64,000 nucleotides of DNA, taken from contig NC_092377.1 in the NCBI RefSeq assembly GCF_030028105.1, forward strand, positions 96,726,865 to 96,790,864, given 5' to 3'. The position numbers were made by a program, and so were the translations under genes. Positions 46,389 through 59,290 of this stretch are shown here, in pieces; within the stretch, counting starts at the first letter, position 1, and every line of letters starts with the position of its first letter. This stretch comes from Mobula birostris. Lineage: Eukaryota. The notes below the pieces were generated by a model. It was given only the letters and a program-made list of their open reading frames with translations. It was not told the origin of the DNA and did not search any database.

Positions 46389-46650
46389 ACCTGGCTGGTG
46401 ACGTAGTGGCATCAGTGCCGGACTTCGGGACAAAAGGTCCTGACTTCGAATCCAGCCGGCTCCCCTGCACGCTTTCCATCCATGCTGGGTTACAAGCTGG
46501 TGATCTCTTTGGAAACTCACCTGGCAGAAGGCAATGGCAAACCACTGCTGTAACTTGCCTTGTACGTGGTTCCCCACCACTCTCAGAGAGGCGTGGAGGG
46601 AAATCGTTCACTAACCAGAGAAACTCCGGATGCAATGTACCTTTCCTTTC
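46389..46650 (+). mobile_element. Full-length tRNA-derived SINE (262 bp)
   Basis: 14-bp TSD CATGAAGGGATCAG (46375-46388 / 46651-46664), A box TGACGTAGTGG, B box ACTTCGAATCC, internal gaaggcaatggcaaaccact and tail acctttcctttc. Confidence 0.9.
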
Positions 46651-48477
46651 CATGAAGGGATCAGCATCTATCTCAATAAGCTCATCAGAATCCTATGTTT
46701 CAATAGGTTCTAATTCTGGGATGGCATGATTGCTGGTCCACATCTTCTGGTTGTGTTGTAAATGCACCTTCTGCTAAATATCAATCTTCTGGAATATATT
46801 TTATTATTGGTAATTTATCTGTGTTTATATCACTTTATGTACTGTGAGCGCCTTGGTCTGGAGGAGCATTGTTTCATTTGGTAGTACAAATGAATATGGT
46901 TGAATAACTAGGAACTTGAACTTGATCTGAACACAAATGCAATATCCTGTTGGAGCCACATGATGGCTGTCTCCAATAGTCACCTGTCATGAGAACAGAT
47001 CTATCCTAAAATAATGTTTGAAGCAGCACTTCTCAAAACTGACAGTTAGTGGTGAAATTTTAAGCTTCTTGTGGAACCTCAGGTTTGAAGAACTTTGTGC
47101 TGATTATATTCACAGGGCCCAAGGTTCTCAATTCAGCTGGCTGTGTTCATTAAATAACAGTAGCACCTATCTCCCTTCAGCCTCAATGATAGCCAATTCA
47201 ATGTACATTTTTCACTGCAGAATTTCTAGCCCAACATATTTATGCTGCCCTCTCAACTGAATGTTCATTGATATCTATCACGTAGTGTATTCAACTTCCC
47301 AAGGGTATTATAAAGTGCCTAATGCAGGTACAAAATAAACCCATCAATAAATCTTCTAACTGCAGAATTAATGAAATATTTTGAAACAGTATATACATAC
47401 CAATTTAGATGACAGAATTGGCAATTTGGTAGACAAGTGAAACTTAATAGTTTCTTCTAAATAGATTAAATATATTTCATTTTAGAATGGATGCTACAAA
47501 ACCATGTTTAGTTATCTTATTGGGGCAATATGTTATTACTTCTAATCATGTTTAGAAGATTAGCAATAAAACAGAGTGGTATAAAGTTACTAGGGCTGCA
47601 CTCTGGCTGGTATGCAAGTGCAGAATGAGAACTGACTGGTCTAGAGTCAAGCATTATGAATACAATCAAAATGATACCACTGATGCAAGTTAGAAATAGG
47701 GTCTGTAACCTTAAAAGAATCATTTTCATCAATAGAACATTGAATAGAAATTCAATTTCATAACAGTTTTATGTGGTGTTGCAAATGAAAAAAGATTTCT
47801 ATTTCAGAGTGAAAATTGATAATTGTTATTTCCTAGTCATTTCCTGTCATTCTGGAAATTAAACCAGGTACATCTGGGAAAGAGTCACTCTTACATCCCT
47901 GACAATGCTTCCAAAGGAAAAACTGGACTTTGGTGTCCCAGAAACACCCAACAATAGGCAAAGCTGGATAATCTGCTTCACTCAGCACCGTGCCAGACTC
48001 TTTCGGATGAATTCTAGCTACACCAATAACCTCAGCACCTTTTAACTCCCAACATGGGCCACTCCACAATATCTTAAGTCCAAAGACCTAACAGCCTGAC
48101 GGCCCCACATACTACTTGCCTCATCCCTTCCCCCATTCTATAAGACCTTCTGACATTTTGCCTGAATCCTGATTCTCCCCATCACCCCTACACTTCCGAT
48201 CATCCGGAACTCCCTGAATCCTAATCCAATTCCCACTTCTCATTCTGACCTAACTCTTAACTTTTAACTACGCCCCCTCAATTGAAACTCTTCCACTACT
48301 GAAAACATTTCAACAACTAACCTGTCAAGCCGGCTTATTTGATTGAATAAGGTTGCTGAAGGTGGAATCTCCAAGAATCATAAGAAAATTAGGGAAGTTA
48401 GTATACGGTCAACTTCTGTGTGACACAAATTGAAAAAGGATGATTGGGAAATAGGTCAATATAGGAGATAGCTTAAA

Positions 48478-49012
48478 GGTCATATTATTCAGGCCCTGGT
48501 ACAGTGTGCACCAGGGAGCACTTTGAGTGAGAGCTCAAAGATACACCACTGATTGAAAAAACTTGCAATAATTTGTAGTATCCATGTACAGTTAAACAGT
48601 AGAAGTCATTAGGATAGGAATGTGTTTAGATTGCAAGGTATACCTAGTTGGGGCAGAGATAATCAAATATAAGATGGACCTAGGCAAGTATATTATAAGC
48701 GGAGTCATGTTAGAAGGACAATAACATAAAATAGAGCACCCAGCTCATTTGCAGAAAGAGTGAGGGAAATGTTCTCTGGCAAAGGAAGACAAAGTCCCAT
48801 CTGTCAGGCAATTACAGACAACCCCTGCAGAGATAAAGCTGAGATCATATACTACAAAGAGAAGTGGGTTACTGATAAATAATTGCGAAATCCATGACTA
48901 TTGTAACACAAATACCATAAATTGCTGTTTTTTTATGGGTCAGTGAAGTATCTTGGAGCAGCTAGTCAAAGTGCTCCTGGACGTACATGATAATAGGGCC
49001 TGAATAAATTGA
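48478..49012. repeat. Degenerate long inverted repeat, probable ancient MITE
   Basis: Left arm ttattcaggccct...ggagcactttga...ctcaaagatac.ccactga..aaaaaa matches the reverse complement of ~48900-49012 (ttattcaggccct...ggagcactttga...ctccaagatacttcactga..aaaaaaa). Confidence 0.6.
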
Positions 49013-49224
49013 CATGTTCAAGGAACTCGCCAGTGCTGTATCAGAGATTTTCTTTGTGTGCTGAACTGATCTGAGGTGTACTAAAGAGGGCAAATGGATT
49101 CCACATAAAAGGCAGATTCAGGGTGCAAGTTTAACACACAAACTCCTTCAACAGTTGCTCTTCATTCTTTTGGAATTCCCACGTAGCCAGCAAATGTTTT
49201 CTTCTGTTCTTGAGAATGTTATCT

Positions 49225-49752
49225 GCCACTTATCTAAGAAAGTATGTGCTGGCATTGGAGGGGGTATGGAGGAGGTTCATGAGAATTATCTTAGGAATGA
49301 AAAGGTTAACTTAAGAGGAGGGTTTGATGGCTCTGGGCCTGTATTCTCTGGAGTTTACAAAAACGAGGGGGGTCTCATTGAAACCTATCGAATATTGAAA
49401 GCCCCAGACAAAGTGGATATGAAGAAGAAGCTTCCTGTAGTGGGAGAATCTGGGAGCACAGGGGACAGCCTCAAAATATCAGGATGCCCATTTAGAACAG
49501 GGATAAAGAGGAATTTCTTTAGCTAGAGGGCAGTGAATCTGTGGAATTCATTACCACAGACAGCTGTGGAGGCAAAGTCCTTGAGTATATTTTAAACAGA
49601 GGTTAATAGCTTCTTGTTTAGCCAGGGCATCAAAGGTTACAGGGAGAAAGCAGACAAGTGGGATTGAGAGGGATAATAAATCAGCCACGATGGAATGGTG
49701 GCACAGTCTCGATGGGCTGACTGGCCTAATTCTGCTCCTATGTCTTATGGTT
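49225..49752 (+). mobile_element. CR1 LINE 3' end
   Basis: GGLIETYRILK...TGDSLKISGCPFRTGIKRNFFS and the tail ggcctaattctgctcctatgtcttatgg. Confidence 0.85.
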
Positions 49753-49759
49753 TTACATT

Positions 49760-52300
49760 ACACTGCCCTGAAGAGTTCCTACATTGATGCCCAGAAGCTG
49801 GGATAAATGGGCCTCCTACACTCATACCTCTCATCATTTGTGTGAGGTATGGCTCCTGCCTGGAGTGTTTGTCCTTTGATACCCACTGACTTGAGATTTA
49901 CACACTCTCACAAGAGAATGCTGCCTTTATATAAAAGGAAGTCACTCACATCTCACCTCTAGAATTCAGCTCTTTGGTCCATGTTTGGACCAAAGCCATG
50001 ATCAAGTCAGGAGCAGATCCTGGTGAAACACAAATTGGACATCATTGTGGTGGATTTTGGTGAATAAGTGCTTCCTGACAGCATCATCAATACAGTTTTC
50101 ATCACTTCCTGGCAAAAGAAGGTGGACTGACAGAGTAGTAATTATGGACTGACAGAGTAGTAATTATCTGGGTGAGATTTGTCTTGCTCGTTGCCAACTG
50201 AACATAACTAGACAATATTCCACATTGCTCAGTATTGTATCTGTACTGAAATTAGAGCAGCAGCTAGTTTTAGAGTGCAGATCTTCTGTTTACAGCTCGG
50301 ATGCTGACTGGTCCCAAGGCCTTTGGTTTATCTGTGCTCTAAGGCATTCATTGATATCACACGAAGAGAGACTACTTTCTATAATACTGGGGTTCTCAAT
50401 ATGTAACCAAAAGGAAAGCTATTCAACACTGTGGTTGTGAATGCTTCAGCTCTGTCTCACATGATGGGCCTTAACCATTATTGAGGATGAAGATATTCTC
50501 AGCCTAATCCTCCTGTTAGCTATTTCACTGTTCATGATTAGATGTAATAGCATGCAGGTAGCCCTGTGTTTCAGGTTCATTTTTTACTTAGGTCTGGCCC
50601 TGCTCCCTGCAAGTTCTTCTGCACTCTTCAGTAAACTAGGGTACAACTGATAGCAGCTGTAGAGAGGGAATGTGCTGGGACACCAGCCCATAGATTATGA
50701 TGCTTAACTTTCTGCTGCTTTATTTTCTGGTGACAATACCTTGTAGAAGCCCAGTTTTGAGCTGCTAAGATTTCTTTTGGGATTATCTCATTTATGAAGT
50801 AGGCCTTTGTGTTTGATGGCTGTAACAACCAATGCTATTTTGGTTAGATCCACCTGGTACATATACAAAAGTTTGTAGATTGGTGAGGATGAGGCCAAGT
50901 GAGTTTATTCCATCATAGACTGTCTGGCAGCCATATCTGTCAGGAAGCAACCAGCTCGGTTTTTGGAGACTCTCACTGATGCTGCTCGACCCACTGAGCA
51001 TTGCCAGTAGATTGTGTATTGCTCTGGATCAGTTTGTGCTGCTTCTATCAAGCCATCCTTGATGAGGTACATTGACATATCCCATTCAGAATTCATTCTG
51101 TGGCCTTACCACTTTCAATGCTTGCTCAAAATGGAAAACTGAAAGAAGATGGGTAAGTGTTAGTCAGAAGAATTCGTTGTCCATATTTAACCTAAGACTT
51201 CATGGGGTACGGTGTGATCATGGATCAATGTTAAAGATGCTAAGGGTGACTCATTCCTAACTGTAACCATCACACCTCCACCATAGGTGGGTCAGATCAT
51301 ATTCGAGGATTATATTGGAGGGACCTGGCACTATAATACACGATTTTGCAAGTACCAAGTTATTGTGTGACCAATCTGTAGAACAAAATTCCCAATTTAG
51401 ACATCAGTCCCCATTGCGTTTGTGAGTAGGATTTTACAAGGTTGACCGGGCTGGGAATCACTTTACTGGGTCAGGATTTGTTGCCTGGGCTGACTATATT
51501 TCTTTCTCTATATGAATGTTATGGTAATAATGCAATTAAGTGCCTTGCTGTGCCATTTCAGAGTGCACTAAAGAGTCAGCCACATGAAGGTGACCTGGGT
51601 CAAGATGTCCAATGTTTCACACAGAAGTTCATTAGTGAATCAGATGGACTCACTGTTCTGTAACTTTTCTGGGCATGTTTACTAAAACATGTTATTGTTT
51701 TTCTAAATACCAGATTATTAACTGAACTGAAGTTTCATTGAGGTTAATTGAATTAATGAGAAGTGAGCTCTGGGGAAAAGGCCATCGTTAACTTCCCATT
51801 CATCAATATCTTCAAGAAGGAAGAAGAGAGCTAATCTCTCGAGTTACTGCAGTGTTCGATAGTGAAGACGATGATATTTCGGCGGTGCTTTTCGATGGGA
51901 TATTCCAGTAACAGGTCTAAGGTGGATATATTTTAGAGTGGTAGACCATGGTATTACATGTTTTCACTTCTGTTGTCCATGTGAGTGATGCTGGTAGTCA
52001 TAAGTTTGGGAAATAACATCAAAGTCATCCTGGTGAGCTGCTCCTGCTGCATTTTGTAGCTGTATTGTGTCAATGGCAGAGGAAGTGAGAATTCAGGATA
52101 ACGTCCTGGATGCCAACAAATTCTTTGGATATTGTTGAAGCTGCATTTGCCCAGGAAGGATGTAGCTGTGTAATTTCCCAAGTGTCAGGTCGGGTTGATG
52201 TCATTGTTGTAACCACGAGTCTTTATGACAAATGCATCTTCAACAAAGGGATTGGCAAGGATGAAATCAACCAGATCCCCTGGTGCTGACTCCCTAATGC
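49760..52300. mobile_element. Highly decayed LINE remnants
   Basis: Patchy LINE-like text without open frames. The family and boundaries are not resolvable by eye. Confidence 0.35.
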
Positions 52301-52331
52301 ACAATATCAGACTGGTGGTTATGCCCTTTGA

Positions 52332-52515
52332 TATTCCCACTGCTGCCTTTAAGGAGTTTACATGTTCTCCGCAAGACCATATGTGTTTCCTCCTGTGCTC
52401 CAGTTTCCTCTCACAGTCCAAAGATGTACAGGTTGGTAGGTTAATTGGTCATTGTAAATTGTCCTGTGATTAGGCTAGGATTAAGTCGGATGATTTCTGG
52501 GTGGTGCAGCTTGGC
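52332..52515 (+). mobile_element. V-SINE fragment
   Basis: ggagtttacatgttctcc...gtttcctcctgtgctccagtttcctctcacagtccaaagatgtacaggttggtaggttaattgg. Confidence 0.75.
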
Positions 52516-52989
52516 CAGTTCTATTAGTGATGGTATTACTATGCTACATGATATAAGCCTCTCACCAGAGTACATTTTCTATCAAAATAAGCAAGTGGTG
52601 TCCAAAATAGCTGGGGGAGGGCATTCAATAGTGAAGGCGAGCAAGTTCTCTCACCTGTACTTCACATCATTGCAGAATCAATACTAAAAACTCCCAGGTC
52701 TATGTCCCTTCAACTGTACACCACTGAGCTGGGAACTCTGCTGTATCTGTGATTAAAAAAAAGTGTGCAACTCTAGGTGAAAGGCACATGTCTGTTCATA
52801 AGACCACACCAGATTACGCTAGTCTGAGGTGAATTATTGCAATTAAGATATGTTCATAAGTATTTGTGTGGGGATCTTTGCTGGGGTGATTTGTTTGGGT
52901 GTGTCACCGTTAAATGCTGGGGCTGACCATCCATTTTCATTTCTGCATTTTAACAAAATCAGTTATAATGGAGTGACAGGTTGGCCAAT

Positions 52990-53365
52990 TCAGAACATTG
53001 AACAGGCCCTTTGGCCTAACACATCTGTGTTGACCATGATGCCATCTCCCTGCACATTGTCTGCATTCTTCTATTCCCTCGTTGTTCATGTGTCTGTCTA
53101 AATGCCTATTAAATGCTGCTATCGTATCTGCTTCTACCACCTCCCTGGCACCTTGTTCCAAACACCTACCACTCTTTGTTTGCAGAAATAGCTTCATAAC
53201 TCTCCTTTAAACTTTCCTCCTCTCCTCAAACCTATGCCCTCTTGTATTTGGCATTTCCTGGGAAAAAGACTCTGAAATCCTACCCTCTCCATGCCTCTTT
53301 GAGTTTTATATACTTCTGTCAGACTTTACCTCAGCCCCTGACGCTCCAGAGAAAACAATCCAAGA
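52990..53365 (-). mobile_element. CR1 LINE 3' end
   Basis: ORF 52937-53197 includes VVEADTIAAFNRHLDRHMN. Confidence 0.75.
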
Positions 53366-54219
53366 AGGTCATTAAGAGTCAGTCATATTGTTTGAATTTT
53401 GGATACCAAGTAGGTTAGGTGGCTGATTTCGTTCATTAAAGGATATTAGGGAATCAAAACTTTTTAAGTGATAAATCTAATTGCCCCATGTTGAAAGTTA
53501 CTGATACTAGTTTAGTTTCTCTGGGTTATTTCACTTCAAAATTAAATTCGAAGTTTCTTTAGTGAGATAATGCCTCTGGATTAGCAGTCCAATAAATTAA
53601 TTAACTCTGATACGGCTTCCTGTATTTAATAAAACAAAACAAGATAGGCAGCCCTAGATTCAAGTACTAAGTGGCTATAAACTTATCTGATTGGTATCTA
53701 CCCTACAATTCTGTACACCTTAAAGTTAACTAGTATCAGGACAGTTTTTTAAAAATCTTCTTTTGTGTCCTCAAAAACACTTTGAATTCATATGTATTGA
53801 ATACTGGTAAAATGCAATCAGCATCACTACCGATGCAGACTAAGTAATCAATTTGTCCAATTCTGTGCAGCAGATCCATTTGCCAATTTTCTTGTTAAAA
53901 GCCTGTTGGCTTTATCCTGTTGCAGAAATGATCTTGTGTGCAGCTAAATGGATGTCTTTCTACAGAAAGGAAGGTATTATGTCAATTCCATCATGTTAAA
54001 CAGACAATGCCTTTCTTTGACATTGCTACTGGGAAGACCTGACATTCAACGGATGTGCTTTTCAAATACTGTCAGGAAAAGATTACATCAGAAATTTAAA
54101 TTGCACCATTTGTATATTTTGGTTACCTATTAACAAAAAGAATCTTCAAAGTATCATTATGTGGATTGAAGCTCAATAACAACACATTTCAAGTTTCATT
54201 ACAGTGCAGTCAAAAGGTT

Positions 54220-55860
54220 TTAAGAACAGGATTTGGCTTTTCAGACCATTAAGATTGTTCACCATTCAATTAGATCATGGGTGATTATATCTTAACTACA
54301 TCTACTCGTTGTAATCCTTAATAGCTTTGCTGAATTACAAAAATACCAAGCTCTGTTTCACAATTTTCAGTTGCCCCAGAGAACTGTTTTGGGGAATGAG
54401 TTCCAGATTTTCACTATGGTTTCTGCAAACTATGATTAATCAAACCATACCTAATTTGCAGATTAGATTCTTTGCCTTGGACTCATTCACCAAAGAACTT
54501 ACAGAACTACTCGCCCAGTGTTTCAGCCTGCTCCACCATTCATTTACATTGTGGCCGAAGTAGAACTATAAAATTCTGAGTAAAGATACAGGTCCTCCAC
54601 AGCCCTGTAAGGTAGAGAATTCTGACCTCTCACCACACTTTGAGTGAAAAATTATCTTCTCAACTCAGTCCCAAAAAGCTGACCTCTTATTCCTAAAATG
54701 TATTTTTAGGCCCTAGATTCCTCAGTAGACATGATTACCTTTAAGAATTTTCTATACTTCGATCTGATCTCCTCATTCTCCGAAACTCTACAGGCCCCAC
54801 CTATTCAGTTTTTTCTCATATAGCAAACTTGGCATCCCTGAAACCATTTGTTGAATCTTCACTAAACACTTGTTTCGGAACATCTATTCTTTAATCAGCA
54901 AAGGAGTCTAAAACTGAAAGTAATACTCCAGGTGCTGGCTCATCAAGGCTCCAAGTGACTTCAGTAAGACTTTCTCAGTCTTCAATTCAAATTCCTTTGT
55001 TATCAGGACCATTTACTTCTTAACCTCTTGTCACACCTGCAAGTTGGTCCTAATTGTTCACCATTTAAAACCTTCTGAAATTCCAAATATGCCACATCCA
55101 TTGGTCCCCCCGCATCTATCTTACTGGTCACATCTGCAAAGATCTCCAGCAGATCAGTCGACATGATTTTCCTTTCACAAATCCATGTTAATGCTGCTCA
55201 ATCCTATCTCTCTTTTTAAGGTATTCTGATATTGCATTCCTCACTATAGATTTTCAGCATTTTTCCTACCACTGATGTTAGGGTAACAGGTCAGTGGTTC
55301 CCTTTTATCTCTCCTACTCCTTTGTAAGGTAGTGACATCACATTTGTTACCCTCCAATCCACAGAACTGACCTCATCATTTATGGAACTTTGGGAGATGA
55401 TACCAGAACATTAACCATGGACATGTCTATCAAAACTCTGGTGTTTGAGATTCATCAGCTTCCAAGTTCACCAACTACTTTAGCACTATTTCTTAATTAA
55501 TACTTAGTTCCTATTACTTTCACATTCTCATTAGACCTTTGATTCTCTACTATATCCAGCAGGTTTTGTGGTTCTTCTGTAAAGACAGATACAAAGTAAT
55601 TATTTAATTTCTCTGTCATTTTTTCATTCCCCATCTATAGGACTTATAAATTTGACTTCTTTCCCCATATGCATATAAAAACTTTTAGAGTTTGATTTTA
55701 TATTTCTTACCAGTTACCACTGATATTTCATCTTACACTTTCTGTTTTCCATTTCTTGGCCATCTTTTGCTGATTTCCAAAACACTTGCAATCCTCTGGC
55801 CTATTGATATATCTGGCAACTTTGTAAGCCTCTTCCTTGGACTTAACACTATCATCAATT
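54220..55860 (-). mobile_element. Old CR1 LINE remnants
   Basis: Degenerate antisense motifs for QHGFVKGKSC (gacatgattttcctttcacaaatccatg) and WRVTNVMSL (acatttgttaccctccaatcc). Confidence 0.6.
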
Positions 55861-56340
55861 TCTCTTGCCTTGACCTTCTCAGTATCTACTTAAAATATCA
55901 AAAACTGGAAAACTGTTTTTATTCCACAACAGTTGCTTTGGGGAGTTTTGGAAGGCCAAATCCACACGTAACTCTTTTTTTTCCACACATTGCTCAGAAT
56001 GAACAACTAATGACAGAAGAGTAAAGATGATAGGACTATTGTATCATCATGATTAAGAGCTTGCTAAGGAGAGCTTTGCATGCATTTGTGTGTCTGTACT
56101 ACATAAATGATATGTTTTAATTATAGAGATACCTTAAGTACATTATGAAATTATAAATAGAATTATGAGATACACATTGCAATCCTCAGTGACCAACGTC
56201 ATTTCAGAAGGTTAATTCAATTGGGTTTACAATCAAAAGTCTCAAGCTTCAGATAAATGAAATCAGCCTTAACTCACTCAAGTAATGAAGCAAGATGTTA
56301 AACATGTTGTGGAACAGTCACGCTTGAAAAGGCTCCTTAC

Positions 56341-56637
56341 CTAAAACTCCGCTAGGCTCAATGGGATACTCCAGGATGGAAGTAGCTGGTGCCAGTGTGT
56401 AAGGATAGTCGTAAGGAGTATAGATTAGACCGGCTTCAGGTGCAGGAGGCACTATTGCAGTTGGATGAGGGGATCCATTAGGCATGACTGTTGCTGTTTG
56501 AATTTGCCTAATTAGAGGCATAATAGTTGGACCAGCTGGCGTAGGGGCTCGCAAGGCAGCTGGTGGAAGAACTGACGTGGGCCCTGTAATGATCCGTGGA
56601 GCTTGGGCTGTCGCTGCAAGAGAAAAGGCAAGGGCAG
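56341..56637 (-). CDS. QKI: QKI exon 6 (297 bp), proline-rich and tyrosine-cluster region
   Basis: ctatag|CT GCC CTT GCC...: (P)[98 protein letters not shown](G)|gtaag. Confidence 0.97.
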
Positions 56638-58445
56638 CTATAGTAAGCGAAGAAAATTCACAAAGAAGGTGTGGAGAGAATAGTCCGTGTGAGGAAAAGG
56701 AAAATGGGAAATGGGGGAAGCGAGATAAGCAGGAGGAATGAAAGAAAAATTAAGTAATCATTAGTACAAGCAGCAGCAAATTGAACTGCTAGAGCATACC
56801 TCTAAACTCAAACAAAACACACTTCTAAACAATACTAATCATATCAATTAAGTACACAAACTGGAAAAACTCTAAAATAGCCAGTTTTTACTGGCTAATA
56901 TATTTGGAGTCCTTGTGTATTACATATAAAGAAGCTCAGCTTATATTACACATTCATTGGAAATACTTGGGAAGATCACCAGTCTACAACTTTCTTCCTG
57001 AATAAGGCCTTTCAGGTGTTGAAAATTACTATGAGTGAGACCAATTTTCAAAATGCCAAAGATCCAAACATGAAATTTATATTGAAAGAGGATATTTTAA
57101 TATCATCATTAGCTAGAAAAGAAATAAATGTAATGGACATTATTAATTATGTAGTAACATCTTTTAAAGTTTAGGCAATGTTTAAGTCTAGAAGCTTTAA
57201 CTCCTTTTTAAGTCTAGATATTTGGTGCACTTCAGTTTATGAAGTTCCAAACATTCCTATATGCTATTCAACAATACTTTTTGAGGATAGTATGACAGAA
57301 AGGAATCAAGAAAAATTACAAGAGTTCTCATTTACGGCTCTTAAAATTTAATAATGCAAGTATACAAAATGAGCAGACAAGGTGGAATCAGGCCTTTTGG
57401 AAATGAAGTCCAAGGACTGAGAAAACTCTTCTTAAAATGTATTTGTATTCTACAAAGAAAAATGAAGATTTTTATTAAAATGATTTGGTGATTATATGTC
57501 AATAATTACATCAATAATTTAGTCAAGATGTTCAGGTAATCACTGCAACCATGTGTTTATTTATAATGCATCATTGCAATGGTATATTAATATATAGTTC
57601 TGCATTTGGCTAGTCTGTGAACTGGTTGCAGTACTTGAAGGGATGACACTGATGTACTCTTATCCTGAATATTTAATGCCACCTAAAAATAATCTCAGAT
57701 TGATAATCAGGATCTCCCTTTGACAATCAAAGATTTTCTTTGCTCAGTAAATATTTATGCAATAATAAGTCTCCTCTTTCAATAACCAGGCCAAGACACA
57801 ACAGTGCGTCTTGCGGAAAATAACAAAAATTCACCTAAGCACATATGTTAAGAATTTTTTTTAAACTGAGCAAAAATAGGATTTTGTTTGAATGATGGAC
57901 GAGCAGGAAACACTAAATATGTACAGATACAGACAGTACAAGAAGATGTTATCTGTTGCACCATTCAGTCCATAGGAAAAATGCAATAATCTCTGCTTAT
58001 TTGTTTCACAAGTGCACAATGCTCCATCAAACTGTCAAACAGTAACTATGCATTCCTCACTGTCAGCAGCTAGCTATTCCTTAGAATCCAATCTGCCAGT
58101 TAGTTACTTATTTCAAGAGCAAATGATTTATTGTGGACTGGTCAATCACAACTTCATTTTGTGTCATGATTTCAGCAATTTTCTGGCCATCCCTGAGGAG
58201 TTTAACATTTTACATTCAAACTGAGAAAATTACTTAACTAGGGAAAACTGTCCTTTGGTTTACAATTGTGGGATTTAGCTTCTATATGACTAAAGCTATA
58301 ACAATGTGTTTTAATTCTCATCAAGTATCCCCTCCTCCAGGTTCTCAATATGAAACAATTTGACCAAAAGATTATCTGCAAAAAGAACATGTGTACAAGT
58401 TGTGCAATGCTTATTCTAGGTTCTGCAAGTCCATCATATCCTTAC

Positions 58446-58533
58446 GTGATTTGATGTTGGCATCTCTATAGGTGCCGTTCAGTATCGCTAATTCCATCAG
58501 TTGCATCTTCTTAAGGTTATCCTCTCCCTCTGC
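58446..58533 (-). CDS. QKI: QKI exon 5 (88 bp), QUA2 region of the STAR domain
   Basis: tttcag|GCA GAG GGA GAG GAT AAC CTT AAG AAG ATG CAA CTG ATG GAA TTA GCG ATA CTG AAC GGC ACC TAT AGA GAT GCC AAC ATC AAA TCA C|gtaag, which reads [29 protein letters not shown](P). Exons 1-4 lie beyond the window end. Confidence 0.97.
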
Positions 58534-58669
58534 CTGAAAACATAATAGAAAAAAACAGTCTCAGCAGTTATACCCAGTGATGGCTATACTGCCATTTTAA
58601 AAACTTTGCGATCTACTGATTTTAGTTGTGTGTGCTGCTTACAAATCTGAGTGATGTACAGTCAATCTA

Positions 58670-59290
58670 AAACATAGAAGCATAGGAAACCTACAGCACA
58701 TTACAAGCCCTTTGGCCCACAAAGTTGTGCCAAACATGTCCCTACCTTAGAAATTACTATGTTTACCTATAGCCCTCCATTTTTCTAAGCTCCATGTACC
58801 TATCCAAAAGACCCTATCGTTTCCGCCTCTATCACCGTTGCCAGCAGCCCATTCCATGCACTCACCACACTCTGTGTAAAAAACTTACCCCTGACATCTC
58901 CTCTGTACCTACTCTCCAGCACCTTAAACCTGTGTCCTCTTATGGCAAACAACAGGAATTCTGCAGATGCTGGAAATTCAAGCAACACACATCAAAGTTG
59001 CTGGTGAACGCAGCAGGCCAGGCAGCATCTGTAGGAAGAGGTGCAGTCGATGTTTCAGGCCTCTTATGGCAACCATTTCAGCCTTGGGAAAAAGCCTCTA
59101 ACTATCCACACGATCAATGCCTCTCATCATTTTACACACCTCTATCAGGTCACCTCTCATCCTCTGTCGCTCCAAGGAGAAAAGGCCAAGTTCACTCAAC
59201 CTGTTTTCATCAGGCATGCTCCCCAATCCAGGCAACATCCTTGTAAATCTCCTCTGCACCCTTTATATGGTTTCCACATCCTTTCTGTAG
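58670..59290 (-). mobile_element. CR1 LINE 3' end, interrupted at 58949-59059
   Basis: IRGHRFKVLESRYRGDVRGKFFTQSVVSAWNGL. The tail antisense is aacatagaagcataggaaacctacagcac. Confidence 0.85.
58949..59059 (-). mobile_element. 5'-truncated copy (111 bp) of the hammerhead element family
   Basis: 13-bp TSD CCTCTTATGGCAA (58936-58948 / 59060-59072). It is near-identical to 45508-45617 and stops inside stem II. Confidence 0.88.

Noticed and set aside
46389-46460. tRNA gene
   Set aside because: It has A and B boxes but no complete cloverleaf or poly-T terminator. It is a SINE head with a TSD.
50123-50166. 22-bp perfect tandem duplication (similar 16-bp case at ~28121-28156)
   Set aside because: Ordinary local slippage duplications inside decayed repeats.
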